Part shown: positions 29,086-40,235 of the stretch, piece after piece
Numbering within the stretch: the stretch's first letter is position 1
Layout: each line of letters starts with the position of its first letter
Source: Geosiphon pyriformis uo1
Taxonomy: Eukaryota; Fungi; Glomeromycota
Direction: 5' to 3'
DNA length: 64,000 nucleotides
NCBI GenBank assembly: GCA_016748015.1
Contig: JAAOMT010000299.1
Coordinates: forward strand, 338,166-402,165
The notes under the pieces: model-generated
Databases searched by the model: none
What the model saw: only the letters and a program-made list of their open reading frames with translations
Told to the model about the DNA's origin: nothing
Program-made: the position numbers and the translations under genes

Positions 29086-29926
29086 TGTTACTCATAAAAA
29101 AAAACAGATATAGAAATATAGTGGGCCAATAAGAAAGTAGTTAGCACATAAGCACATTGCTCAGCAATATAGAGCAATGTTAGAAATCATGGCACATCAC
29201 TTAGCAATGTGAAGCAATGTCAAGAAAATATGACACATTGCTTGAGAAATTATAGCACATTGCTCGAGAATATGAGTGATCTCATAGAACCCAAATTATG
29301 TATATATAGTGGTAGCATTAGAAGTAGAAAAGACAGACTTCTCAGTTTAGATTTAATCTAAGCAGCCTTTCCACTCACAAATATCAATAAATAAGTATTC
29401 ACTATCTTAATTCACTCTCCACTATCAACATTTCATGTTGATAGCAATTGATACTTAATCACACTGAAACAATAGCTCTTGATCATGGCTATTGACAGGA
29501 TACTAACTAGCAATTGTATTGGCTCATCTTTCTTTATTTTGTTATTATTTTTTTTATTTTATTTTCTTTGATTTTATTGTTGTGTACTAAATTGATTAAG
29601 AAGATTAAAGCACTGAGTTATTGATATCATGGATAGCCTGGTAAAAGACCCAGAAATAAGGATAGAATTATATATATTAATAGATAGCTTACTAGAAAGG
29701 CATGACTGTCAAATTAAACCAGCCATCATGCCGAAAACAGAAATTGGGAAACAACTTGAGAAAACAACTTAAATCAACCATAATGCATCTTTGTCTATTA
29801 TACAAAAAACTCTACAACAAACCTTCAGATCCACCAAACCTTCAGATATCAACCCCAGAATACTAAATCAGCACCAAGTTATGGATTTGTTATTTGACTT
29901 AAGACCCCAAATAATCATTTATAACA
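29086..29926 (+). repeat. 5' LTR (841 bp)
   Basis: TGTTA...TAACA termini, TATATATA at ~29301, AATAAA at ~29385; direct repeat of 38306-39156. Confidence 0.96.
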
Positions 29927-29928
29927 TT

Positions 29929-29945
29929 TGGTGCTCTCTATGAGG
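29929..29945 (+). promoter_or_regulatory. Primer-binding site, probably for tRNA-Ile(UAU)
   Basis: TGGTGCTCTCTATGAGG lies 2 nt after the LTR. It fits the pattern TGGTGCTCnnnGTGAGG complementary to the 3' end of eukaryotic tRNA-Ile(UAU) as I recall it; the tRNA identity is inferred. Confidence 0.7.
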
Positions 29946-29999
29946 TATAATCCTACAGAGAACCAGCATCAACTACACCTATTTCAAAAGTGACAGAAT

Positions 30000-32900
30000 C
30001 AGAAAGAATAGGAGCAAACCATTTAAGATTTGCAAAATCCTTATTTCAACACTACTGTCAATATTTAGGATTAAACCATAATCACATATCAGTGGAATCA
30101 GTCTTCAATTTTTACATCAACAAGAGAATTGCCTATCTGTTATGAACACCAGTAAATACCAAGTCAGCAAAAAAAACCTTTTACAATGAATTAATTCAAA
30201 ACACTAGCCTACCAACAAACCACAATTTTGCATCCATCATTACAGAAATCAATAAAGAAATTAAATATCACATTCAACAAAGATACCCAATTACATATGC
30301 CAGTAAAGGAAAAGAAAACTGCAAACACCAGCAGTGACACTCCAAAAGATACAACCACCCACTTAGAAGAAAACCAGAGTTGAATTGCCAACAAACTCAT
30401 CATACTACTATACATCTGGAAGTGTTATTAACATCTTATTAACAGATGTGTCCACAGCACATGTGACATTAACATTTGGCCAACTCCTATTTTAAAATAA
30501 ACAAAAAAAAGCAGAATTACTAGGGACTTATGGCGACTACTTTGAGAGATTTAAATCACAATCTTCAACACTATCAGGATTCTGATTACCACCACCTCAA
30601 CTAGATTTTGGAAACACAAGTCCCTGAAAGATAACAGAATCAGAAAGAAAACAGGAAAAAGAAGCCAAGGAACAAAAATTTACTTACTAGAACCCGATCT
30701 TAGAGAATTCGGAAGTTGAAACTCCAAACATTAAAATCCAACAAACTCAAAACAATCCAAACACCAAAGCAATTAATTAGCAAAACTTACCTCCAGTAAT
30801 TATCATCAATCAGTCACTAATTGTATCAATACTTGAACCAATCTTACAGCCACCATTTCAATAACCTATTTAGCTACTGCTTCAGCAACCACAACAGCTG
30901 CTTTAACAGCCGCAACAACAACTGCAACAACCACAACAACAACAACTGAACTTAGATCCAATGGCCTATGCTCTAATAGCAAAACTTGAAAAGTTCATTA
31001 GCAAAGAAGACAATGCCCAAATATGGCTCAACGACATTGAAAAGGCCATTACAGCAAATAGATGGAATGATGCGAGAGCCCTCCAAGCCATTCTTTACTT
31101 TCTCCAGGATACTGCCGATTTATGATATCAAAGTCTAGCCAACAAATTCCAAGATTTCAATGCATTCAAACTTGCATTTCTACAATACTTTAGTAATAAT
31201 AATAGCATTAACTAATTGGCAAACACTTTTACCACCATCAAGCAAGGAAAAAATGAAGCAGTCACTACTTATTTAAAATGCTTCCACAGAAATCTGCACC
31301 AAATCCAGACCATATAGGCTGATTATTTCACAGTGCCACAAATCCTAAATCAATTCATTTGAGACCTACATAGTAGTATTCTCCAATGCGTGCACTCAAT
31401 GCATCCAGCAGACTTTCAAGCTGTAGTTACAAATACCAGAAATTTTGAAGCAGCTGAACTCGAAGCTAATCATGCCCAAGCTGTAAATTTAGTGATGAAT
31501 GGATCATTTGAACTGGATTCCAAATTGAAACAATTCAGTGATTCCATTAATCAGAAGCTTGAAAGATACTTAATTGACAATCACACAATTTATCAACCAC
31601 CACAATGACATAATAATTTAGGAACCACAAATCGTCCATAAAATCAGTCGTGTCCTTTATTATTATCCAATTAGCTGTGGCAGCAAGAGACGTGTATCTG
31701 CCACTACTGTGGTAAACAAGGACATTTGAGAGTTGATTGTCAGTTAAGAATAGAAAACCAATGATTGGAAAATCAATATCAAAACCCTGATCACAGGTTT
31801 TCAACTCCAAGTTATCAATCAAATATAGAAATATATCACCCAAATTACATACCTATAATGCAGTCACAAATTTATCAACCACCAATTTATTAGCCAACAG
31901 CACCTGTCATTTATCACCCACAGCCCCAACCCATTTATTAGCTACAGCCTTAGGTAATTTATCAGCCCTAACAAATTTAAACACCACCACAGAACTTACT
32001 TCAAAACAGAACCCAAAAGCCAAGACTGACACAACAAAGCTGGAGATTGTCAATAGTGGTTTATCAACCAATCCCCAGTTCTATGGCACAACTATTAAGA
32101 TCTCAACAACAAAATTTGGGCACTGAAAACTCCCAAAACCCAAATACCCAACACTATTTAAGTCTTCTGGTTACCCCAAAAAATGCCTCACCCAACAACC
32201 AGAAATCCAACCAATACAAATTACTTACCAGCAATATATCTCCAGCCACTGTAACCAATAATGAATCACTAACCACAATTTTTCCATTTAAATTTGAGAA
32301 AACTACACCAGTTCCCTTATTTAGTGGAGCTGCTCTTGATACCAAACCAATCACTACCATGTATACTGATGCAAAAGTTGATGACCATGCCATCAAACTG
32401 ATCCTAGATAGTGGATTAGCTGGCAGCATCATCACATGACAACTCATGGACCAATTAGGTCGCAGAGTTGATCACACTACCAGCACATGCATAATCACTG
32501 CTAATGGAGCGACCAAAATGCCAATTGGTAAAATTGACAACTTCCCTTTTGAAGTTAACAGCATCATTACTCTCATTAAAGTCCTAATGATAGAAGCAAC
32601 TTAATATCAAGCATTGGTAGACAACAATTGGTTATTCAAAACTAATGTCATACTTGATTGGACCACTCAAAAACTGCAATTCAGCCAAAATGGCTAACAC
32701 ATCTGAGTACTAGCAACTTGTAATTACTTCAAACCCAGCATTGCTATGCAACCACTAATTGAGTTCGAAGAAGACAAGAAAAAACCAACGTGGGAAGCAT
32801 ATTAAGTCTCCTGGGCTAACAAAAACCACAATAAGTTACTGCCCATACTACCCTAGGATGACAATAGCAAAAGAAAGCAGAAAAACACAGAACTTACTTG

Positions 32901-35900
32901 GAATGCCAATCAAGCCTGGGAAACTGACAATGATCAAAACAAAATAACAAAGTGGGAATGGAAAGAAGCTAACAATAAGAGAAAAGGGAAAAAAAAGGAA
33001 GAGAATTCAACACCAATCATTACTTATAATTACTATACTTACCCTATATTACAACAATCCATTTATTGTTGACCAAAACTCATATGTATTAATTGTGGCA
33101 AGAAATTGTTGTTAATGGGTACATGCTGTGGTGACAATGAGGAATACTCAACAGTAACCAAATTTTACTGTCATGTGTACATCATAGAATGCTTTGGACA
33201 ACTAAAACAGAAAAAAAAATGTGACAATAAACCTTGTCTAGCTTGCAGAGAAACATTACTTGATAAAGGAATGTGAAATAACATTTCTGGTCCAGAAGAA
33301 ACATGTGATGCTTCATGTCAGTATACAATCTTTATTAGTGACTGGATTAGGAAAGGAACACCAATAAAAGCCACCTGGAGAAGAGCTGTACAATGATTGG
33401 ACAATTGTCTACATGACAACAATGAGATATGGAAAATGGCAATTACTAAAATAGAAGGAGCATCATCTAAAGAAATCAAAGAAATTAAGAACAACCTTCC
33501 AGAGCCCATAAAACTTAACTGGAACCCAGAACCAGTCATAAATCTCTTGGATCCAGAACAATTTCACAAACACTATTAAGAGCTAGCACCTATAAGAGAA
33601 GAACAGAAGCAATGTTTGGAAGAAATTAACACTCAACTATGTAACCACTGTTTGATTCTATGTGACTTTCAATATTGTAATAAGTGTAACCTCATTTACA
33701 ATTCACCACCATGCATAATCTACATGATCCCAGAAAAAAAAGAACCAATCAACAGCTGTACATCAGAATTAGAATCAACTTTCAATCCTGATTCAAACTC
33801 TAACAATGATGATGACAAAAATAACAGTTCCAGCTCTGTTCAATGTGGCAATAAAAGATATAATGATTTAAACTCTAATTCAAACCCTGAAACATATATC
33901 ACACTTTCTGATCTCACTAAGGAACAGGAACTAAAATAGTTTAGTGATAATAACAAAAGTATCATGTCTAAATGCACACATAATACTAATGCAGAGTTTG
34001 ATCTAAGATATCCAGGAAAAAATTACATCAAATTAGAACCACATTCATGCATTTGTATTGATCTTAAAATAGCACTGGAAATTCCAATAATCATCATGGT
34101 TCAATTAGCATCTAGGAGTAGTTTAGCAAAAAAGGAAATCAACATTAGAGGAGGAATAATTGATGTAGAGTATGTAGAAAATATTATTGTTATGCTACAA
34201 AATGACTCAGAAAAGGCCTATACCATAGAGCCAAATGAAAAAATAGCACAGACAATATTCCTGTCTCTGGTGAAAGTAGCTTAGTTAGTGTCAGTGGGAA
34301 ACAGGGAAGAGTTAGGAATTACAGCTAAAGAGATACAAGGATTTGGATCAACCAGTAGAATAGATGTATTAGTTAATATGGCAGAGGAAAAGATTATTAA
34401 CAAAGAAAAAATTATCTCAACCCATCAATCAATTTCTATTCCATCATATGACCAGTATATATTAGCCATAAAAAGAGAAGTAAAGAATCAAGCTCAGTTG
34501 TTTGAAGCAGAAGCCACCATTTGTGAATCAGGAAAAATTGGACTCACTAATCTTTACATATCAGCCAAAAGCCCCAAAAATATCAAAATTCCCATCTACA
34601 ACACAACTGGAAATGTCATTGAGATACCAAAAAGAACCACCATCAGATACTTAACCACTGAAGTTGAGGATTAACCACCAAACTACATTCCAAATTTTTC
34701 ACAGCTTTGTGAATATGTGAATATCACATCACAAACCATTTATGAACAAAGTGAATGTTATCTGCTTCAACTGAAACAATTAGAACAGATGAATTTGGGA
34801 AATTTAGACTCACTTTAATGGATGCAACTCAAAATGTTACTCAACAATTTCAATGATATTTTTGCCAGTGAAACTGAATTTGGCAGAACTAACATAATTT
34901 AGCACCAGATCAAAACTGGAGATACAATGCCAATAAAACAAAAAGCATATAAAGTACCACCAGCTAGCCATGAGATTATTCATCAAGAAATCAACCAAAT
35001 GTTTAACAATGGGCTAATTTAGCCATCCATGAGTCCATGATCATTACCAGTAATACTAGTCTGGAAAAAAAATGGAAAAATCCATTTTTGTGTAGATTAT
35101 CAAAAACTGAATGGAGTAACCAAAGGTAACAGCTATCTAACTCCAAAGATCCAAGAACTATTCGATGCTTTTGGAGAAAATAAATAGTTCTCAACACTAG
35201 ATTTGGATAGTGGTTACTAACAAGTAGCCATGGATCCAGCTGACCAAAAAAAAACAGTATTTACTACAAGAGAGAGAAATTTTGAGTTTGAAGTCATGCT
35301 ATTTGGTTTGATGAATGCTCCAACAACATTCTAATGGCTTATGGAAATTGTTTATACTAGATTATTATGGAAATTAGTAGTTGTTTACTTAGATAACACA
35401 AATGTGCTCTCAAAAACATTCAATGATTATTTTCATCATCTTCAACAAGTATTTGAAAGACTCAGACAAGCAGGATTGAAACTAAATGCCAATAAATGCT
35501 TTTTTGGAAAAACAGAACTAAAGTTCTTGGGACATGTTGTGAGCAAAAACAGCATCAAAACAGACCCAGACAAGATTGAAGTTGTCAAAAACTTTCCAGT
35601 ACCAAACAATCTCACTGAACTAAAAACATTCTTGGGATTTGCAGAGTACTATTGCCACTTTATCAAAAACTTCTCTAAACTGGCCCAGCCACTTTATTAT
35701 TTACAAACAAAAAATGTAAAGTATGAATGGACAGGAATGCAACAAGAAGCATTTGACACATTAAGAAGAAAGCTTATTTAAGCTCCAGTGTTGATGTATT
35801 CAGATTACAGTAAATCATTCATTATCACTACTGATGCATCAGGCCAAGCATTGGGAGCAGTACTATCACAAAAAGAACCAGATGGAAAAGAACATTTAGT

Positions 35901-37602
35901 AGCATATACCAGCTGAAGTTTGAGTTCAGCTGAAAAAAACTATGGAACACCAGTATTAGAATACTTAGCAATTTATTGGGCAGTTATGAAATGGAAAAAA
36001 TTCTTGAGCCAAAAGTTTGAAATATATACAGATCACAAAGGATTGACTTCAATCCAGAAGCAAAAATTTGAAAATGATCACCATGCCAAATTGAAAATAG
36101 AACTTTCACCATTCAATTATACAGTACATTATAAAAAAGGAAAAGACAATGGAAATGCTGACAGTTTGTCGTAAATAAAACAAATCTAAAAACACTTCAA
36201 CCCAAAAATATAACAAAAGATGAATATACAAAAATACCAACAACTTCAACATTATATAAATATTCAATTGTTCAAGAAGAAATTATCTCAAAAAGAACAA
36301 AACAACATAAAACAACAATCAAAATATTTTATCAATCATCAAAATATACTTTACCAGAAAAACAGAAAAACTCCAGACCAGCCAACAAAAGTAATTACAG
36401 AACCAGAAAAAGAGACAATATTGTTCAACATATACTCAGATCCAACAGCAGGACATTTCCATAAAGAAGCAACCATAGAAAGAACTAGAAAAAAATACTA
36501 TTGGCTATTAATATATCCAGACATCATCTAATATGTTCAAAATTGTAATGCTTGTCAGAAAAGAGGAGGAACAAAACCCAATAAACTATTGAAACCAATC
36601 AAAATGGAACAACTATTCAATCACATTGGAATTGACTTAGTAGAACCATTAACAATCACCAGCAAAGGCAACAGATATATTGCAGTAGCTATGGACTATC
36701 TCACTAAATGGCCAGAAGCAAAAGCCATTCAAAGAGCAAATGCAGAATCTGTTGCTAAATTTGTTCATCAAAATCTGATCTGTCAACACAGATGTCCAAA
36801 AGAATTATTATCAGATCAAGGAACTTATTTTGTAAATAGAACATTAACAAAATTAAGCCAAAGATTTGGAATAAAAAGACCACTATTATTACCATATCAT
36901 TTACAAACAAATAGATTAGTTGAAAAATTCAACAGAACACTGTGTAAAGCAATAGCCAAAATTAGCCAAGAAAACCAGGACAAATGGGATTTGTTTATAC
37001 CATCAGTATTATTTACTTATTGAACAATGAAGCAAAATACCACACAAGCAACACCATTTGAATTGGTATATGGTAGAACAGCAACATTACTAGTTGAGAT
37101 AGAGATCAATACATATTCAACTGAACCAATAACAGAAGATAATTTCCAAGAAACATTGTTAAAAAAAACATATGACTTAATGGAAACACTAGAAAACAGA
37201 TGATGAAAAGCAGCTAATAATATCCAAAAGTCACAAAAAAAGCAAAAAAAATGACATGATAACCAACTACCAGATAAACCAGTTGAATTCAAGATTGGAA
37301 ACAAAGAACTATTACATTATACCAAAGTGAAAAAACAATGGAGTAGAAAATTTGACCCCAAATGAGACAGACCATTTCACATAGAAGAAATTTTAGGAAA
37401 TGAAGCTTATAAATTAAGATAAGACAACAAAATCTTAGCCAAAGCAGTACATAGTGATCGACTGAAACCATATTAACAGATAGTATCATCATCTACCAAT
37501 AACATTCCACAATTGGGAGTACAAAGAATACTAGTTCAATCAGATGAGATTCCACAAGATCTGGAATCAATCATAGTTATTGAACCAAACACGTCAAATT
37601 AA
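30000..37602 (+). pseudogene. gag-pol: gag-pol polyprotein region with many premature stops (start approximate)
   Basis: N-terminal extension ESVFNFYINKRIAYLL (~30096); Q/P-rich tract ~30840-30950; capsid-like MAYALIAKLEKF (30961); knuckle CHYCGKQGHLRVDC (31699-31740); protease LILDSGLAGSII (~32398); RT FCVDY, MLFGLMNAP, VVYLDN (YLDD mutated); RNase H TTDASGQALGAVLSQ, IYTDHKGL; integrase AGHF..CxxC, IGIDLV, LSDQG, LVEKFN; GPF-like tail; no chromodomain seen. Confidence 0.95.
33964..34353 (+). pseudogene. dut: Trimeric-family dUTPase domain within pol, between protease and RT
   Basis: All five dUTPase motifs in order: AEFDL (AGFDL), RSSLAKK, GGIIDVEYVE (GxIDxxYxG), EKIAQ, KEIQGFGST (RGxxGFGST). 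A second copy lies at ~8545-8932 on the minus strand. Confidence 0.93.
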
Positions 37603-37657
37603 ACAACCAAAAGAGTATATAAAAACACAGTACATGTAACAAAAGCAACCAAAAAAA

Positions 37658-38292
37658 ATGGAAATACCAGATCATATTCACACTATAGCTCAACAATTGT
37701 TCCAGATCTTAAGTCAACAACAGTTAAACATAGAAATTATTATTAACAACCAAATAATTTGCTATCAAAACACCCAAAGAAAGACAAAAAAGACACCATA
37801 TCAGCAGCCACCAAAGAATAATAAAAACTGGACAGATAACTTAATAAAAAAAGTGAAGAACACTTTTAAGAAAATACTTATTATAATACCAACAGGAGAG
37901 CTTACAAAAAAAATTGAAAGCAATGAACAGAACAACTTCCAATATTATATTGCTACTACTAGTTAGGTCAAAAGTTGAATATTCAAGAGTTGTATATTGA
38001 CAAATCCAAGAGAATATTCAACCAAGACATAATACAACAAATTGAAGAATTTATCGAAAAGAAAACAAATTCAACACTATATGTTAAAACAATATATCAA
38101 CTACACAACATATTTCAGAACTATCTAGAAATACTGTTACACTCTAACATGGAAACCATAATCATTAACCAATGAGAAAGAATAAACAATACACAAGTAA
38201 AAGACATAAGAAACAGAGTTAAACAAACAATACTTGAAAAAAAAATACTAAAATTAATTCAAAACAAAGATTTTGACGAAGTTCAATATTAA
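37658..38292 (+). pseudogene. Accessory ORF3 (~210 aa, unknown function) between integrase and PPT
   Basis: ATG 37658 MEIPDHIHTIAQQLFQ...; after a frameshift EQLPILYCYY*LGQKLNIQELYID...KDFDEVQY* (TAA 38290-38292). A homologue is present in the minus-strand copy at ~4613-5250. Confidence 0.7.
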
Positions 38293-38302
38293 AAAGAAGA
38301 GA
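38291..38302 (+). promoter_or_regulatory. Polypurine tract
   Basis: AAAAAGAAGAGA ends 3 nt before the 3' LTR. Confidence 0.8.
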
Positions 38303-38305
38303 TAA

Positions 38306-39156
38306 TATTACTCATAAAAAGAAAACAGATATAGAAATATAGTAAGCCAATAAAAAAGTAGTTAGCACATGAGCACATTGCTCAGCAATGTGGAGCAATG
38401 TCAAAAATCACAGCATATTGCTTAGCAATATAGAGCAATTTCAAGAAAATATGGCACATTGCTCAGCAATATGAGCATTGCTTGAGAAATTATAGCACAT
38501 CATTTGAGAATGTGAGCAATCTTATAGAACCCAAATTATGTATATATAATGATAGCATTAAAAGTAGAAAAGACAGATCTCTCAGTTTAGATTTAATCTA
38601 AGCAGTCTTTCCACTTACAAATATCAATAAATAAGTATTTGCTATCTTAATCTATTTTCTACTATCAACACTTTATGTTAATAGCAATTGATATTTAACC
38701 ACACTAGAACAATAGTTTTTGATCATGGCTATTGACAGGATACTAACTGGCAATTGTATTGGCTCATCTTTCCTTATTTTGTTATTATTTTCTTTATTTT
38801 TTTTTCTTTGATTTTATTGTTATGTACTAAATTAATTAAGAAGATTAAAGTGCTGAGTTATTGATGTCTAGTAAAAGACCCAGAAATAAGAGTAGAATTA
38901 TATATATTAATGGATAGCTTACCAGAAGAGCATGACTGCCAGATTAAACCAGCCACCATATTAAAGACAGAAATTGGGAAACAACTTGAAAAAACAACTT
39001 AAACCAACCATAGTGCATTTTTGTCCATTATACAAAAAACTCTGCAACAAACCTTCAGATTCACCAAACCTTGAGATATTAACCCCAGAATACTAAATCA
39101 GCACCAAGTTACAGATTTGTTATTTGATTTAAGACCCCAAATAATCATCTATAACA
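38306..39156 (+). repeat. 3' LTR (851 bp)
   Basis: TATTA (mutated TGTTA)...TAACA. Differs from the 5' LTR mostly by transitions plus a 19-bp and a 10-bp indel. Confidence 0.96.
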
Positions 39157-40235
39157 CCATCTAGCTGTGACCAAATCAGCTATTTCTGATGATTCAAATT
39201 TTACATGGGTTTTTTGCTATAAACCAATTAACTGTATTTTGATTGAAACAACCTTACCAAATTTAGAAAAAGCTAACTCTACAACTGATTTGGAAAGATC
39301 AACTGGAATCTTTTTGATAATCACTTCCCAATCTGATTGGTTGTTTACTTTTTTGAGATCACTATTAACCAAAATCTTTTTACAAACTGCTATTTCTCTA
39401 GCCTTATTCAAACTTATTTCAGACATAAATAATAATCTAATAATTTCTGGGAATTTTGAAAGAGTGAAAGCCCCCCCAAAACCATCAATTTGATAAAAAA
39501 TTTTTTTGATTGCAATCAATTTATTACTATTTGTTTTTTTAGGCACAGCAGACAATTCAACATCCAATGTGAACAATTTGACTGGTTCAAAGCTATGTTT
39601 CTCCAGAACATGTGACTTAACAAACAACAGCTAATTAGAACTATTAAACTTTGGAGATGGAAGACTTAACACATTTTTATCATCATTCATACTGTCAAAT
39701 GTTGAAGCCTTCAAAAAGTTGCCCAGCATGTATGTTTGGGTGCAAGTTTTTTTTGGCATAGCATTGTTTATATTATTGTTCTCATCTGATTTAGTATAGC
39801 TTGTTTTTTTGACAACTGTGTTTGTCATATTCTCAACATCCAAGAAACCACTTATACTGTTAATAACACTGCCAATTTTGCTTCTCCAGGATATTATAGA
39901 CTTATTACCAGAAACTCTAATATCTTCCAGTACCAGAAAGCCAATAGACAAGTTGATTAATACACTACCAGCATCAGGTTTTTTCGGCTTCTTATACAAC
40001 ACAATACTTTCTACATGCTTTTTTTTAATGTTTGGGTGAGTTCCCAAACCAGTCAAACCTGAACCAGAGCTACCAACAGAAGAGCCTACTGGTTCTATGA
40101 CAATAAAGACAGACATATTAGAAGAAATAACTACAAAAGATAAAAGAAAAAGAAGAAAAAAGATTGATATTCTTTCAATAAATCTTTGCTTTCATTGTGG
40201 TCAGGGAATTAACAAAAGAAAAAGTTTTTTCCTTT
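39157..40235 (-). mobile_element. LINE copy A, 5' part (5' UTR and N-terminal half of ORF1)
   Basis: ORFs 39631-40116 and 39217-39627 (FTLDVELSAV..GFGGA..IIKKIPVDLSK..SKFGKVVSIKIQLIGL) match ORF 50508-51092 of copy B. The 5' boundary is approximate. Confidence 0.9.

Larger units (their letters stand above)
29086..39156 (+). mobile_element. Complete Ty3/Gypsy LTR retrotransposon (10.07 kb) with dUTPase and an extra 3' ORF, inserted antisense into ORF1 of LINE copy A; 4-bp TSD CCAT
   Basis: CCAT(29082-29085)-TGTTA...TAACA-CCAT(39157-39160). Excision restores a gap-free alignment with the uninterrupted LINE copy B (~50425-50471). Domain order is gag-PR-dUTPase-RT-RNase H-integrase. Confidence 0.97.

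Noticed and set aside
37300-37602. Chromodomain at the integrase C-terminus
   Set aside because: Only a GPF-like segment and a short tail are present; no YLVKW-type motif.
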